In this document: positions 21,677 to 30,800 of the stretch, one piece after another
Layout of the letters: every line of letters begins with the position of its first letter
Position numbering within the stretch: the stretch's first letter is position 1
The notes under the pieces: model-generated
Told to the model about the DNA's origin: nothing
Seen by the model: the letters and a program-made list of their open reading frames with translations, nothing else
Database searches by the model: none
Source: Candidatus Nanogingivalaceae bacterium
GTDB taxonomy: Bacteria > Patescibacteriota > Saccharimonadia > Saccharimonadales > Saccharimonadaceae
Length of the DNA stretch: 32,000 bases
Reading direction: 5' to 3'
Assembly: GCA_015257795.3 (NCBI GenBank)
Contig: CP072208.2
Span: 270,001-302,000 of the forward strand
Program-made: the position numbers and the translations under genes

Positions 21677-23035
21677 TTATTCGTTGTGTGTTCGATCGAG
21701 CGACATAAATCGAAGGCGTTCTGGATGGAAGTAGAGCTCGATAGTTCCAACTGGTCCATGACGGTGCTTTGCTAGGATTAGGTCGGTAATATTCTCTCGC
21801 TCAGTTTCTGGGTTATAATAGGCTTCTCGATAAAGGAACATCACAATATCGGCGTCCTGCTCGATAGAACCAGATTCACGGAGGTCGGCAAGCTGTGGAA
21901 TTTTTGGATCACGACTTTCGACTGAACGACTAAGCTGTGAAAGCGCAATTACAGGCACGTTTAACTCACGCGCGAGCAATTTTAGCCCACGAGAAATTTC
22001 AGAAACCTCTTGTACGCGGTTAGCTGAAGATTTAGCAGAACCGCTTCCCTGCATGAGCTGGAGATAGTCAATTACAATCAAACCAAGTTCACCGTTGTGC
22101 GCGGCGCGTCGAGCTTTTGTTCGCATTTCAAGCACACTCACGCCGGGCGTGTCATCAATATAGATTGGCGCTTCAGCCATTTCACCCATAGCATCAGCAA
22201 GTTTTGCGAAGTCTTCATCGCTCAAATTCCCGGTTCGAATATTCCAAGAATCAACCCCGGCTGCATCGGCAAGCATACGATCAACGAGCTGCTCTTTACT
22301 CATCTCAAGGCTGAAGAAAAGTACAGATTTTTTTTCGATAGTAGCAATATTATAAGCAAGGTTAGTTACAAAGGTTGTTTTTCCCATCGCCGGACGTGCC
22401 GCCAAGATAATCAAGTCGGATCGTTGTAGTCCTGCAGTTTTATTATCAAGATCGCGATATCCGGTTCGAATTCCACGAATTGCACCTTTATTTTTATAAA
22501 GCTCATCTAATCTTTCGAAAGAGTCATTTAAGATGTCTTCCATTGAAGATAGATCTTGCTTCAAGCTTGCGTCTGAAACACCAAAGAGTTCAGCTTCACT
22601 TTGTCCTAAAAGCTGAGGAACGCTCAAGTCCTCGTTAAAGGCTAGCTCTGTAATGTCACCACCAGCCTTAATTAGGCGCCTTCGGACTGCGGCTTGTGCG
22701 ACAATTTCAGCGTAAGATTTTGCGTGTGATGCGGTTGGAACGTAATTTGTCAGTTCCGCCAAATAGCTCGCCCCACCAACAGCATCAAGCTCTTCGCGTT
22801 TTTTAAGCTCATTTGTAAGTGTTAATAAGTCTACTGGTTGATGATGTTCATAAAGTCTAATAATCGCCGCAAAAATCGTAGCGTGGCGTTTGTCATAAAA
22901 ATCAACCGCCTTTACGATTTCGGCGATATCAATCAAAACTTCTTCATCAATCAAAATAGCACCGATCAAGCTCATCTCGGCATCTAGATTTTGTGGTGGA
23001 ATTTTTCCACCTATTTTAGTATTATCTTTATTCAT
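21677..23035 (-). CDS. dnaB: replicative DNA helicase DnaB, 452 aa
   Basis: N-terminal PPQNLDAEMSLIGAIL, Walker A ARPAMGKTTF, Walker B LIVIDYLQLM, and the SRGLKLLARELNVPVIALSQLSR motif. Confidence 0.95.
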   Translation of the reverse strand: MNKDNTKIGGKIPPQNLDAEMSLIGAILIDEEVLIDIAEIVKAVDFYDKRHATIFAAIIRLYEHHQPVDLLTLTNELKKREELDAVGGASYLAELTNYVPTASHAKSYAEIVAQAAVRRRLIKAGGDITELAFNEDLSVPQLLGQSEAELFGVSDASLKQDLSSMEDILNDSFERLDELYKNKGAIRGIRTGYRDLDNKTAGLQRSDLIILAARPAMGKTTFVTNLAYNIATIEKKSVLFFSLEMSKEQLVDRMLADAAGVDSWNIRTGNLSDEDFAKLADAMGEMAEAPIYIDDTPGVSVLEMRTKARRAAHNGELGLIVIDYLQLMQGSGSAKSSANRVQEVSEISRGLKLLARELNVPVIALSQLSRSVESRDPKIPQLADLRESGSIEQDADIVMFLYREAYYNPETERENITDLILAKHRHGPVGTIELYFHPERLRFMSLDRTHNE

Positions 23036-24521
23036 CGATTTTTACCATTTCTCCACCCCCCATTAAATCCTGCACACTCGCAATCTCTGGATCATTGGCC
23101 GGTTTTGCAGTTTCAAAAACCTCAATAGCCCAGCCTCCTGCGTTAATTTTTTTCAATGCTTTTCCTATTGAAGCCTGCGCTTTTGCTTTTTCGAGTTGCT
23201 TTTTCTTAAAAGGAAAGCCCGTATAAATTTTAATTTTACCATTTTCGAAAGCGTAGCCAGATTGTTTTAAGATCGTCTGAATACCTTTATCTTCTTCATT
23301 GACGGCGTTGCAAAAATCTCCCCATTTGAATTCGCGAGCTTCACCTAAATCTTCATTTTCAAGCAAAATTTCGGTTGCTTCAACTTCTTTTTGTGGAGTT
23401 TTAGTTTTTGGAGTTTCGACTTCTTTTTCTTTAGGAGGCTCTTCATGCTTCATTTTTTCATTTGGCGGATTCTTGAAAGTTTCGTTTTTGGCTTTTGGTT
23501 GAGTTGTTGTTTTCTGCGCCTGAACGGGTTTTGGTGAAGATAAAATTTGTTGTTTTACTGGTGTAATTTGAGGTACAAAATCTGGTCGAATAAAAATCGA
23601 AAGAAGTTCCATTTCAATAAAGTTTGATTTTTCTGCTCGTGTGAGTGGAACTAATAATTGTGAAAGATACGGTTTTACACCAACATTTTCGGTAATAAAA
23701 TTTAAAAGCTGGCTAGCGAAATTTTTTAAATCTACGCCAGAATCCCGAATTCCTCGCACAATTTCAAGAACTTCGTTCGCATTTTGACTTTCGAAAGCTG
23801 AAATTAAGGCGTTAATCTGTGTTTTTGATGCCAGACCGAGGGTTTCTTCAAGTAGTTTTGCTGTAATTTCTTCACCATCCTTCGAAATGCTTGAGATTTG
23901 ATCAAGCAAAGAAATGCTATCACGAAAACTGCCTTCACCACGCTCAGCGATAATTTCAATCGCTTCTTTCGAAATTTTGATTTTTTCGTTTTTAGCGATA
24001 AATTCTAGATGTTTGCAAACATCTTCCTTTGAAATAAATCGGAAAACGAAACGTTGTGTTCGGCTAATAATTGTGGCTGGCAATTTATGGGCATCGGTTG
24101 TGGCTAAGATAAAAACAGCGTGTTCTGGCGGTTCTTCGAGTGTTTTAAGTAAAGCATTAAAAGCAGCTTTTGAAAGCATATGAACTTCATCGATAATATA
24201 AACACGGTATTTAGCAGAAAAAGGTGCAATTTGTACATTGTCGCGAAGCTGGCGAATATCATCAACACCGTTATTGCTGGCGGCATCAATCTCAATAATA
24301 TCTGGGTGATTTTCTTCTTCTGAATATGGTAGATTGTTAATCTCATGTGCTAAAATTCGGGCAATCGAAGTTTTACCAACCCCGCGTGGACCTGTAAAAA
24401 GATATGCGTGAGCAATTCTGTTTTGCTTTAGGGCACTTTCAAGAACGGTTGTGATGTGGTTTTGCCCTACAACCTCGCTTAATTTTTTACTACGATATTT
24501 TCTATATAATGCCTTGCTCAT
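23028..24521 (-). CDS. dnaX: DNA polymerase III subunit gamma/tau, 497 aa
   Basis: YRKYRSKKLSEVVGQ, Walker A GPRGVGKTS, DEVHMLS, SRTQRF. Pro/Lys/Glu-rich linker and a C-terminal domain. It overlaps dnaB by 8 nt (ATGAATAA). Confidence 0.9.
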   Translation of the reverse strand: MSKALYRKYRSKKLSEVVGQNHITTVLESALKQNRIAHAYLFTGPRGVGKTSIARILAHEINNLPYSEEENHPDIIEIDAASNNGVDDIRQLRDNVQIAPFSAKYRVYIIDEVHMLSKAAFNALLKTLEEPPEHAVFILATTDAHKLPATIISRTQRFVFRFISKEDVCKHLEFIAKNEKIKISKEAIEIIAERGEGSFRDSISLLDQISSISKDGEEITAKLLEETLGLASKTQINALISAFESQNANEVLEIVRGIRDSGVDLKNFASQLLNFITENVGVKPYLSQLLVPLTRAEKSNFIEMELLSIFIRPDFVPQITPVKQQILSSPKPVQAQKTTTQPKAKNETFKNPPNEKMKHEEPPKEKEVETPKTKTPQKEVEATEILLENEDLGEAREFKWGDFCNAVNEEDKGIQTILKQSGYAFENGKIKIYTGFPFKKKQLEKAKAQASIGKALKKINAGGWAIEVFETAKPANDPEIASVQDLMGGGEMVKIDE

Positions 24522-24529
24522 TTAATTAT

Positions 24530-24558
24530 ATTTTAGCAGTTTTAAAGTTAAAAATCAA
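24530..24558 (-). promoter_or_regulatory. candidate internal promoter of dnaX, near-leaderless
   Basis: Minus strand TTGATT (24558..24553), 17 nt spacer, TAAAAT (24535..24530), with TGC extended -10. Then 8 nt to the ATG at 24521, with no SD. Confidence 0.4.
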
Positions 24559-25477
24559 ACAAGCTCGTTTGTCGTTTTGGTAATTCTAGCTCGATATTTT
24601 CTGGTAAAAACTTAATTTTATAACCTATAAATTTTCGAAGCGGTAAAGCAATAATCTCATTTTGCTGTTCGGCTAGTAATATGTATCCGATCTGGGCTTT
24701 TAGAATCCCTGAAAAAATTAGAAAATTGTCACTTTGAACGCAATCTGTAGCCAGAATAACTTCTTTAGGTAGAAAACTATTATCTTTCATGTAAAATTTA
24801 TCTAAATTTAACGGCTGGTTTTTTTCGAAATTCACTTTTTGAATTTGTTCAATTTTTTCCCGTGCAGCAAGGAGTTTCTTTTCGGCTATTTTAAAATCGA
24901 ACTTTCGTTCAAGCGTTTTTAGTTTTCCGCTTGCTTTTACGTTTTCGCAAAAATCTGGCATTTTTGAAATTTTTTCTTCATAACTACGAGCGATATTGGC
25001 GCTGGAAAATTCGCCCAGAATTAACGCCGCGCGAGCGCCTTGTTCAAGTAATCTAGCAATACCTCGCCCAGAAAAGCTGATGCCAACTTTAATTATTTCG
25101 TCCGAAAAATAGGCCAGATAAACAAAATGCGGTTGCAAATTTCGAATTTGTTGTTGTGAAGAAACCTCGCTCGAATCTACGTTATAAAAAGCAGGGTTAA
25201 AGCCTGTACGTTGCTGGCATTTTGGGCATTGAGTATATTTTTTCTCAAGAATAATTTTATCTGGACAGATGAAATCTTCACCAGTCTCTAAGTTGTGCCA
25301 GCCAATGCAGAAGCGCTGCGAAAGATCAATTTTTATGGTGAGTTTTTCTTCAAAATTTGGTGAAAAATTTAATATTTCTTCGGATTTTAAGTCTGCTAAC
25401 TTCCAGCGTGGATTCTGACATTTATCAAAATCCACGCGTGTTAAAATGAATTGTTTATCTAGAAATAGATTATTCAT
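24548..25477 (-). CDS. hypothetical protein with Cys-rich zinc-ribbon-like segment and a T5orf172/GIY-YIG-like core (possibly DUF2797-type), 309 aa
   Basis: The motif C..WH......FIC followed 14 residues later by CPKC resembles a Zn-ribbon. It is followed by HFVYLAYFSDEIIKVGISFSGRGIARLLEQGA. The family assignment is from memory only. It overlaps the upstream gene by 8 nt (ATGAATAA). Confidence 0.6.
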   Translation of the reverse strand: MNNLFLDKQFILTRVDFDKCQNPRWKLADLKSEEILNFSPNFEEKLTIKIDLSQRFCIGWHNLETGEDFICPDKIILEKKYTQCPKCQQRTGFNPAFYNVDSSEVSSQQQIRNLQPHFVYLAYFSDEIIKVGISFSGRGIARLLEQGARAALILGEFSSANIARSYEEKISKMPDFCENVKASGKLKTLERKFDFKIAEKKLLAAREKIEQIQKVNFEKNQPLNLDKFYMKDNSFLPKEVILATDCVQSDNFLIFSGILKAQIGYILLAEQQNEIIALPLRKFIGYKIKFLPENIELELPKRQTSLFDF

Positions 25478-27776
25478 TGATATTGATTTTAGCTTTTTCG
25501 AATTTCAAAGCTATTATAATTGAAAGTGTTGTTAGTCCAGCAGCTCCCAGTAAGCACAGTGTCGTAATAATATATCCGTTAACTCCTGTGTTTGGAGCTG
25601 AAAGGTGTTTTGCGCCATTACTATTTTCAGCATTTTTATCTGCTTTTGATGTAGCGGCATTATTAGCTGGAGCTGGTGTATTTTGAGGAGCATTTGGTGC
25701 GGCTGGCACATTTGTATTTGCTCCTGTGTTTGTAGAATTATTATTTGTACCTGTATTTGAATTATTTACTGGAGTTGGAGTTACAGGTGTAGGTGTAGGT
25801 GCTACAGGAGTAGGATTTACTGGAGTTGGAGTTACAGGTGTAGGTGTAGGTGTAGGTGTAGGTGTTACGGGTTGGTTTTGGTCTTTCTGAACAAGTTTAA
25901 TGTTATCAATATTGATAGCTGAATTGTAAGTATATAGACCTATTCGACCTTGATTTATTGGAGAATTATCAGTAACTGAAGCAAGCTTCTTTCCGTTTAC
26001 TGTAACTTCGAAAGTATTTCCTTTTCTTTCAATCTTAAAGTTTTTAGGTGAATTTGCTGGAAAGGCATCAGTTCCTGTTGCTAAAATTTCAGGATTATTT
26101 GGATTGCCGTTTCTTTTAGCTAAAACCCAACCGTTTTCACGAGGTGCCAAGTAGTAGAAGTGGTTGCTATCTGTATAATTCCAAACGATCCATTCTGTTT
26201 CCCAATTCTTTGGTGTTGCTGAAAGTTGTGTCAAAGAATTGATTGTGCCACTATAAGTAAAGTCTTTGTCTAGTGTTTTTCCGAGCATTAATGATGCTGA
26301 ATCTTGACCTGGTTTTGATGAAAGGTTTAGAGTTTTGTTTCCACCGTTTGAAGCAACAGACACATTACCGTAAACTAGTTCCCAATCGGCAAATTTTTTA
26401 CCATAATTAAATGTTGATCCGCTTGTGTAATTTTCGAAATTATCTTTTTGATCTTTTCCTGGAGTTGCAGGAGGAATAGAAATAGCCTGATCGCCTTTAG
26501 CTACTGGGCCAACAGTTGTGCTATCTATATTTTCTTCATGAGCAGCGTCGTCATCGTAATAAGCGTGAACTTTTACGGTTTTACCTAAGTAGTCTTCAAT
26601 TACTGGAAGGTTAGCAGAAGTGTTTCCGATAACTACTTGACCACCAACAGTCCAAGTATATTGAATTTTCGAAGAAGAAAGACCGTCTTTATCACTAACT
26701 TTTGCTGTAAGTGTTGAGCCAACTTTTGGATCGCCTTCAATAGTAACAGTACCCGTATTATTAGCTTGAATTGTTCCGTCTGTGATTTGAACAGGCGCAC
26801 TAATATGACTTTCAACTTTATTTGTATTGTCAACGTAAGTTATTCGAACGGTAACTGCTTTGCCCTTTTCGTTTGCAGTAGAAACGAATGTTGAATTTGT
26901 TGCCCCAGAAATATCTTGACCAGTTAATAACCACTGGTAACCAGTTATTTGTTTAACGCCGTCTTGGTCGTTAATTTTTGCTGTAAGTGTTGAACCGATT
27001 TTTGGATTTCCTTCAATAGAAGCAATTCCACCATTGTTTACCGTTCCTGTGATGTTTGCAGTATCATCAACAACAATATCGTCCGCAAGAACGCGTGCGT
27101 CTTCTGAATAGATTCCAACTCGACCGCTGTTGTAAGGATTTTCATTATCAACAACAGTTGCAATAGTTTGACCATTTATATCAACTTGAATAGTATTGTT
27201 CTTCTTGCTAATTTTGAAATCTTTAGTTGAAGCTAGAGGCCAGCTTTCGTTTCCGGTCGCCATAAACCTTTGACCATTTGTGTATTTTGGGTCACGTTTT
27301 CCTAATTCCCAACCGTTTGCACGAGCTACAAAATAATAGTAATGGTCGTTATCAGTGTGATTCCAAACTACCCATGCTGTTTCCCAGGCGTTTGGAGTTG
27401 CGCCAGTTCGAAGTTGCTCTTCGGTAGAAATTTTTCCGCTATACGTAAAGGTATCACCAACAGGACTTCCAACTACCATAATTGAAGAGGTGTCTGTTGG
27501 GCCAGTATGTGCTATTGGGGCGAGTTCTAGGGCGTTTCCAGCACCACCGTTTGGTACAATTTTTGCTTTTCCGTATCCGGTAAATAAGACGTTCCATTTA
27601 CCGAAAGAAGCGTTGTCTTTGTATTCTGCTCCTTGTGGATATGATGAAAAATCATCACTTTGAATTATTTGATTAACTTGTTTTGTCTTTTGCGTAGCGC
27701 TGATTGCAACAAAAGCACCAACACAAATTAAGCCACCTGTGGCTAATGATAAAATTACTTTTTTATGTAAGTTCAT
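25470..27776 (-). CDS. cell-wall-anchored surface protein: signal peptide, LamG/ConA-like domain, 2 Ig-like repeats, second LamG-like domain, Pro/Thr linker, LPXTG-like sorting signal; 768 aa
   Basis: ATG at 27776 with a GGAGGG RBS. Signal peptide MNLHKKVILSLATGGLICVGAFVAISA. Duplicated cores NAWETAWVVWNHTDNDHYYYFVARANGWELGKRDP and KNWETEWIVWNYTDSNHFYYLAPRENGWVLAKRNG. Ig-like repeats IEGNPKIGSTLTAK and IEGDPKVGSTLTAK. C-terminus has SAPNTG, a hydrophobic helix and KFEKAK. Confidence 0.8.
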   Translation of the reverse strand: MNLHKKVILSLATGGLICVGAFVAISATQKTKQVNQIIQSDDFSSYPQGAEYKDNASFGKWNVLFTGYGKAKIVPNGGAGNALELAPIAHTGPTDTSSIMVVGSPVGDTFTYSGKISTEEQLRTGATPNAWETAWVVWNHTDNDHYYYFVARANGWELGKRDPKYTNGQRFMATGNESWPLASTKDFKISKKNNTIQVDINGQTIATVVDNENPYNSGRVGIYSEDARVLADDIVVDDTANITGTVNNGGIASIEGNPKIGSTLTAKINDQDGVKQITGYQWLLTGQDISGATNSTFVSTANEKGKAVTVRITYVDNTNKVESHISAPVQITDGTIQANNTGTVTIEGDPKVGSTLTAKVSDKDGLSSSKIQYTWTVGGQVVIGNTSANLPVIEDYLGKTVKVHAYYDDDAAHEENIDSTTVGPVAKGDQAISIPPATPGKDQKDNFENYTSGSTFNYGKKFADWELVYGNVSVASNGGNKTLNLSSKPGQDSASLMLGKTLDKDFTYSGTINSLTQLSATPKNWETEWIVWNYTDSNHFYYLAPRENGWVLAKRNGNPNNPEILATGTDAFPANSPKNFKIERKGNTFEVTVNGKKLASVTDNSPINQGRIGLYTYNSAINIDNIKLVQKDQNQPVTPTPTPTPTPVTPTPVNPTPVAPTPTPVTPTPVNNSNTGTNNNSTNTGANTNVPAAPNAPQNTPAPANNAATSKADKNAENSNGAKHLSAPNTGVNGYIITTLCLLGAAGLTTLSIIIALKFEKAKININE
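25765..25866. repeat. tandem and microsatellite-like DNA repeats encoding the (P-T/V) linker
   Basis: The 37-nt unit TTTACTGGAGTTGGAGTTACAGGTGTAGGTGTAGGTG occurs at 25765..25801 and 25816..25852. A (GGTGTA)n run lies at about 25838..25866. Confidence 0.6.
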
Positions 27777-27810
27777 TTTCCCCTCCGAAATTAAAAACTT
27801 AATACATATA

Positions 27811-27839
27811 ATTTTACCACAAAGCGATTGTGCTTTCAA
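27811..27839 (-). promoter_or_regulatory. promoter of the surface protein gene
   Basis: Minus strand TTGAAA (27839..27834), 17 nt spacer, TAAAAT (27816..27811). Confidence 0.55.
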
Positions 27840-27843
27840 GTTG

Positions 27844-30800
27844 CTAGAAATCTTCTAAAATAGCCTTGGTTAGGGTGAAGATATGGGATGATCCTCTTTT
27901 TACCTTTTTATAGAGTGGCACTTCTTTCAGGTTATGAGATATCGCAAACTCTTTAACTAGCTGGTTTTCGAACTTCTTAATTCCTTTTAGGCTCTCTTCA
28001 GAGAATTTTGAAATATCATCGTCAAAATCGAATTTTTTAATTTTTTCGAAAACAGCTTGAATCAACAAATTAGTAAAATCTGCGCGCAATTTGTTTGCGG
28101 GAGTTTCGAAATCAATGGAATGGCTTGCAATATCACCATCTGCATTTGGCTGAACAAATTGTAATATTCCAGATTTAACTTTATAGCCAGAGAATTCTTT
28201 CGAGTTTTCGACCATAAATTTATAGAAAAATAGTTGCTGTTCGTATTTGTAAATTTTTGAATTTACAACAATTTTACTTCTATCTTTTGAATCCAAAGGT
28301 ATCGAACCTGTTTTCCAGTCTAAAATTGTAATCTCTTTATTGTTTTTATCGATAATTAGCAAATCAACAGTTCCAGTTAAGTGTGCATCTCCAAGCATAA
28401 TTCCCTTTGAGTGGAAATTTTCTTCTGCACGGTTTCCCTTTTGGAATAGTTCGCTTTTTGTTGAGAATATTTTTTCGACAGATTCAGCTGCGGTTTTTAA
28501 GATTTTTGTTCTGTCTTCATTTGTTAAAACGTATTTCGAAATATCCTTTTCGAGACCTCTAATAATGTTTTGACTATCGAAAAATCCGTTTTGATTTAGC
28601 TCATTTTGGGCTTTTCGAAAAGCGTTATGGGCTAAGTTTCCAGCAATGCTATTTATGGAGTATCCTTGCGGAAAGCGCAAAATTATATTCTCGAAAAAGT
28701 TAATAGGTCCGCCGTATTCGACATCTATAAAATTATTCAAGTGCGTGGCGCTAATTGCGTAATTTTCAAGACGATTCTTTAATAAGTCTCGCATTGAATC
28801 ATTTTTTGGTCTATAAAAATCATGCCAGCTGGTTTGAATGTCTAATTCTTTAGCGTCGTTTTCTTCAAGCTCAATTTTTTGGAATTTTTCAGGCAAAAAG
28901 CTAGCAACAAAGAATTTTTCGTCTTCCGTTTCTTTTTCGTGCTCGTCAAAGAATTCTAGCCGAGTATTTTTCTCGCCAGAAAAGCTCATCAAATGATTTG
29001 TCATATAGAGATGTGTTTTTGCGCGCGTAATTGCTACAAACAACAAACGCAATTTGGTATCTTTTCCTTCATCCGAGATTGGTATAAATTCAAGATTTTT
29101 TGGAAAACGAACGCTTTGAAAATTATTGCTTTTTCCGTTCCAAACTCGATTATTGGTATCAATCATGAAAACGTGCGAAAACTCCAAACCTTTCGCCTGA
29201 AAGGCTGTCATTAATTGAACTGCATCGTCAGTTGCTTTGTGAGGGTTTGTATTAATTATCCGCATTCCTGCGTTTTCATAATCTTTAGCAAATGCCGCAA
29301 GGTCTCGCAATGAATTTGAATGCTCTCGTGTGAATTCTCGCAAATTTTCGCGCAAAACAATCAAATTAGATAAAGTATCATAATAACTTTCATCAGAATC
29401 TTGGCTAAATAGTTTTCGAATTGGGCTTTCGAAAATTTCGCTAGCATCATGTTGGCTAGAATTCTCTACAATTTCTCCTTTTTTGAAGTTCCATTTTACG
29501 CTACCGAGCAGTATATCAAGGATAGACTCAAGGCTATAACTGTCAATTTTTTGAGATAATGAAATAATAAACTCTACAATTTGCGAAATATTTTTATCTT
29601 CACAAAACAGGCTTTCTGGGAGCCAAGAATTTACAGTTTCTCGCTTAGAGTTAATTTTCCAACTTAATTTCCAGATTTCAACAGGATTTAGTTTCCAGAA
29701 ATTAAAGCTTAGAATTTCAGGAAAAAGCGCATTTACTTTATCTAAGTCATTGTCTGAAATTGCAATAATAAGTTGTGAAATTTTAATTAGCGAACTAATA
29801 ATCTCGTCTTCAAAAATATTCTCTTTTTTCTCGTAGGAAACGGCTATTTCTTGGCGTTTTAAATATGGCGCAAGCATTTGTAAAGGGTTGTGTTTTGGCG
29901 CAAGCACGGCGATTTCTTTCGGACTAACTCCGGATTTTATTAAGTTTGAAATTTCATCCGCAATCCAGCCGAATTCTGAAATTTGACTCAAAAAATCTTT
30001 TCGAACAAGATAGGGACTTTCGAATTTAGAATCATCAAAAGCTTCAATATTTTTATCAATTCGTGTTGGTAAGTTTTCATTTAGTCTGCTTTCGATTTGT
30101 TCTGCAATATTTTTAGCAGAATATAAAATTTCACTTCTCGAACGGTAGTTTATTCTTAAATTAATAACTTTTGTATCTTTATAACGATGATAGAAATCGA
30201 GCATGTTTGAGCTTTTAGCGCCCTGAAAGGCCATAATTGCCTGGTCGTCATCACCAACAGCTAAAATATTTGGCCGACCATTAAAAATCTCATTGTCCGT
30301 GAGAAGTTCAACAAGTCTGCTTTGCGCGGCGTTAGTATCTTGATATTCATCCAAAAGAATAAATTGATATTTTTCTTGAAGCGACAATTTTAATTCTGTT
30401 TTTTGCTCGATAGTTTTAATTGTTTCGAGGATCATATCATTATAATCAAACATACCCTTATTATGTAGGGCTTCCTCATATTTTTTGTAAAAATCGGCAA
30501 ATTCTTGGATTTTTAAGTTCGTATAAAAATCTTTTGGTAAACGTCCTTTTTCGTTTTTTATTCCGAAAAAATCATTTCGAAAACTAGTGAAAGGTTTTGT
30601 TGAGAATTTTTCGGCATTTTTATTTTCTTCAAGAAGTTTTTCAAGCGCTTCGAAAGTGTAAAAAAGATTTGGCTTAACTTTTGGATGAGCTGGCGTTACA
30701 TCTTTTAGAACTTCGGCTAGCGCGATAAGGAGATTTTCATAAAATTCAGGAAAAACAGTTTTTTTAGAAATGCCTTTTTCTTCAAGCACAGAAAAATCGA

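Noticed and set aside
23181-23215. A dnaX programmed -1 frameshift site (A-rich AAGAAAAAG stretch)
   Set aside because: The run is not in the A AAA AAG slippery phase. It lies near the extreme C-terminus rather than after domain III, and it has no downstream stem-loop.
22097-24346. Internal or antisense ORFs in dnaB and dnaX (22097..22429, 23299..23502, 23914..24183, 24104..24346)
   Set aside because: They overlap strongly supported conserved genes and have no translation signals.
25741-25870. A CRISPR-like or other interspersed repeat array
   Set aside because: The repeats are in-frame coding repeats of the Pro/Thr stalk in the surface protein. No repeat-spacer organisation exists here or elsewhere in the window.
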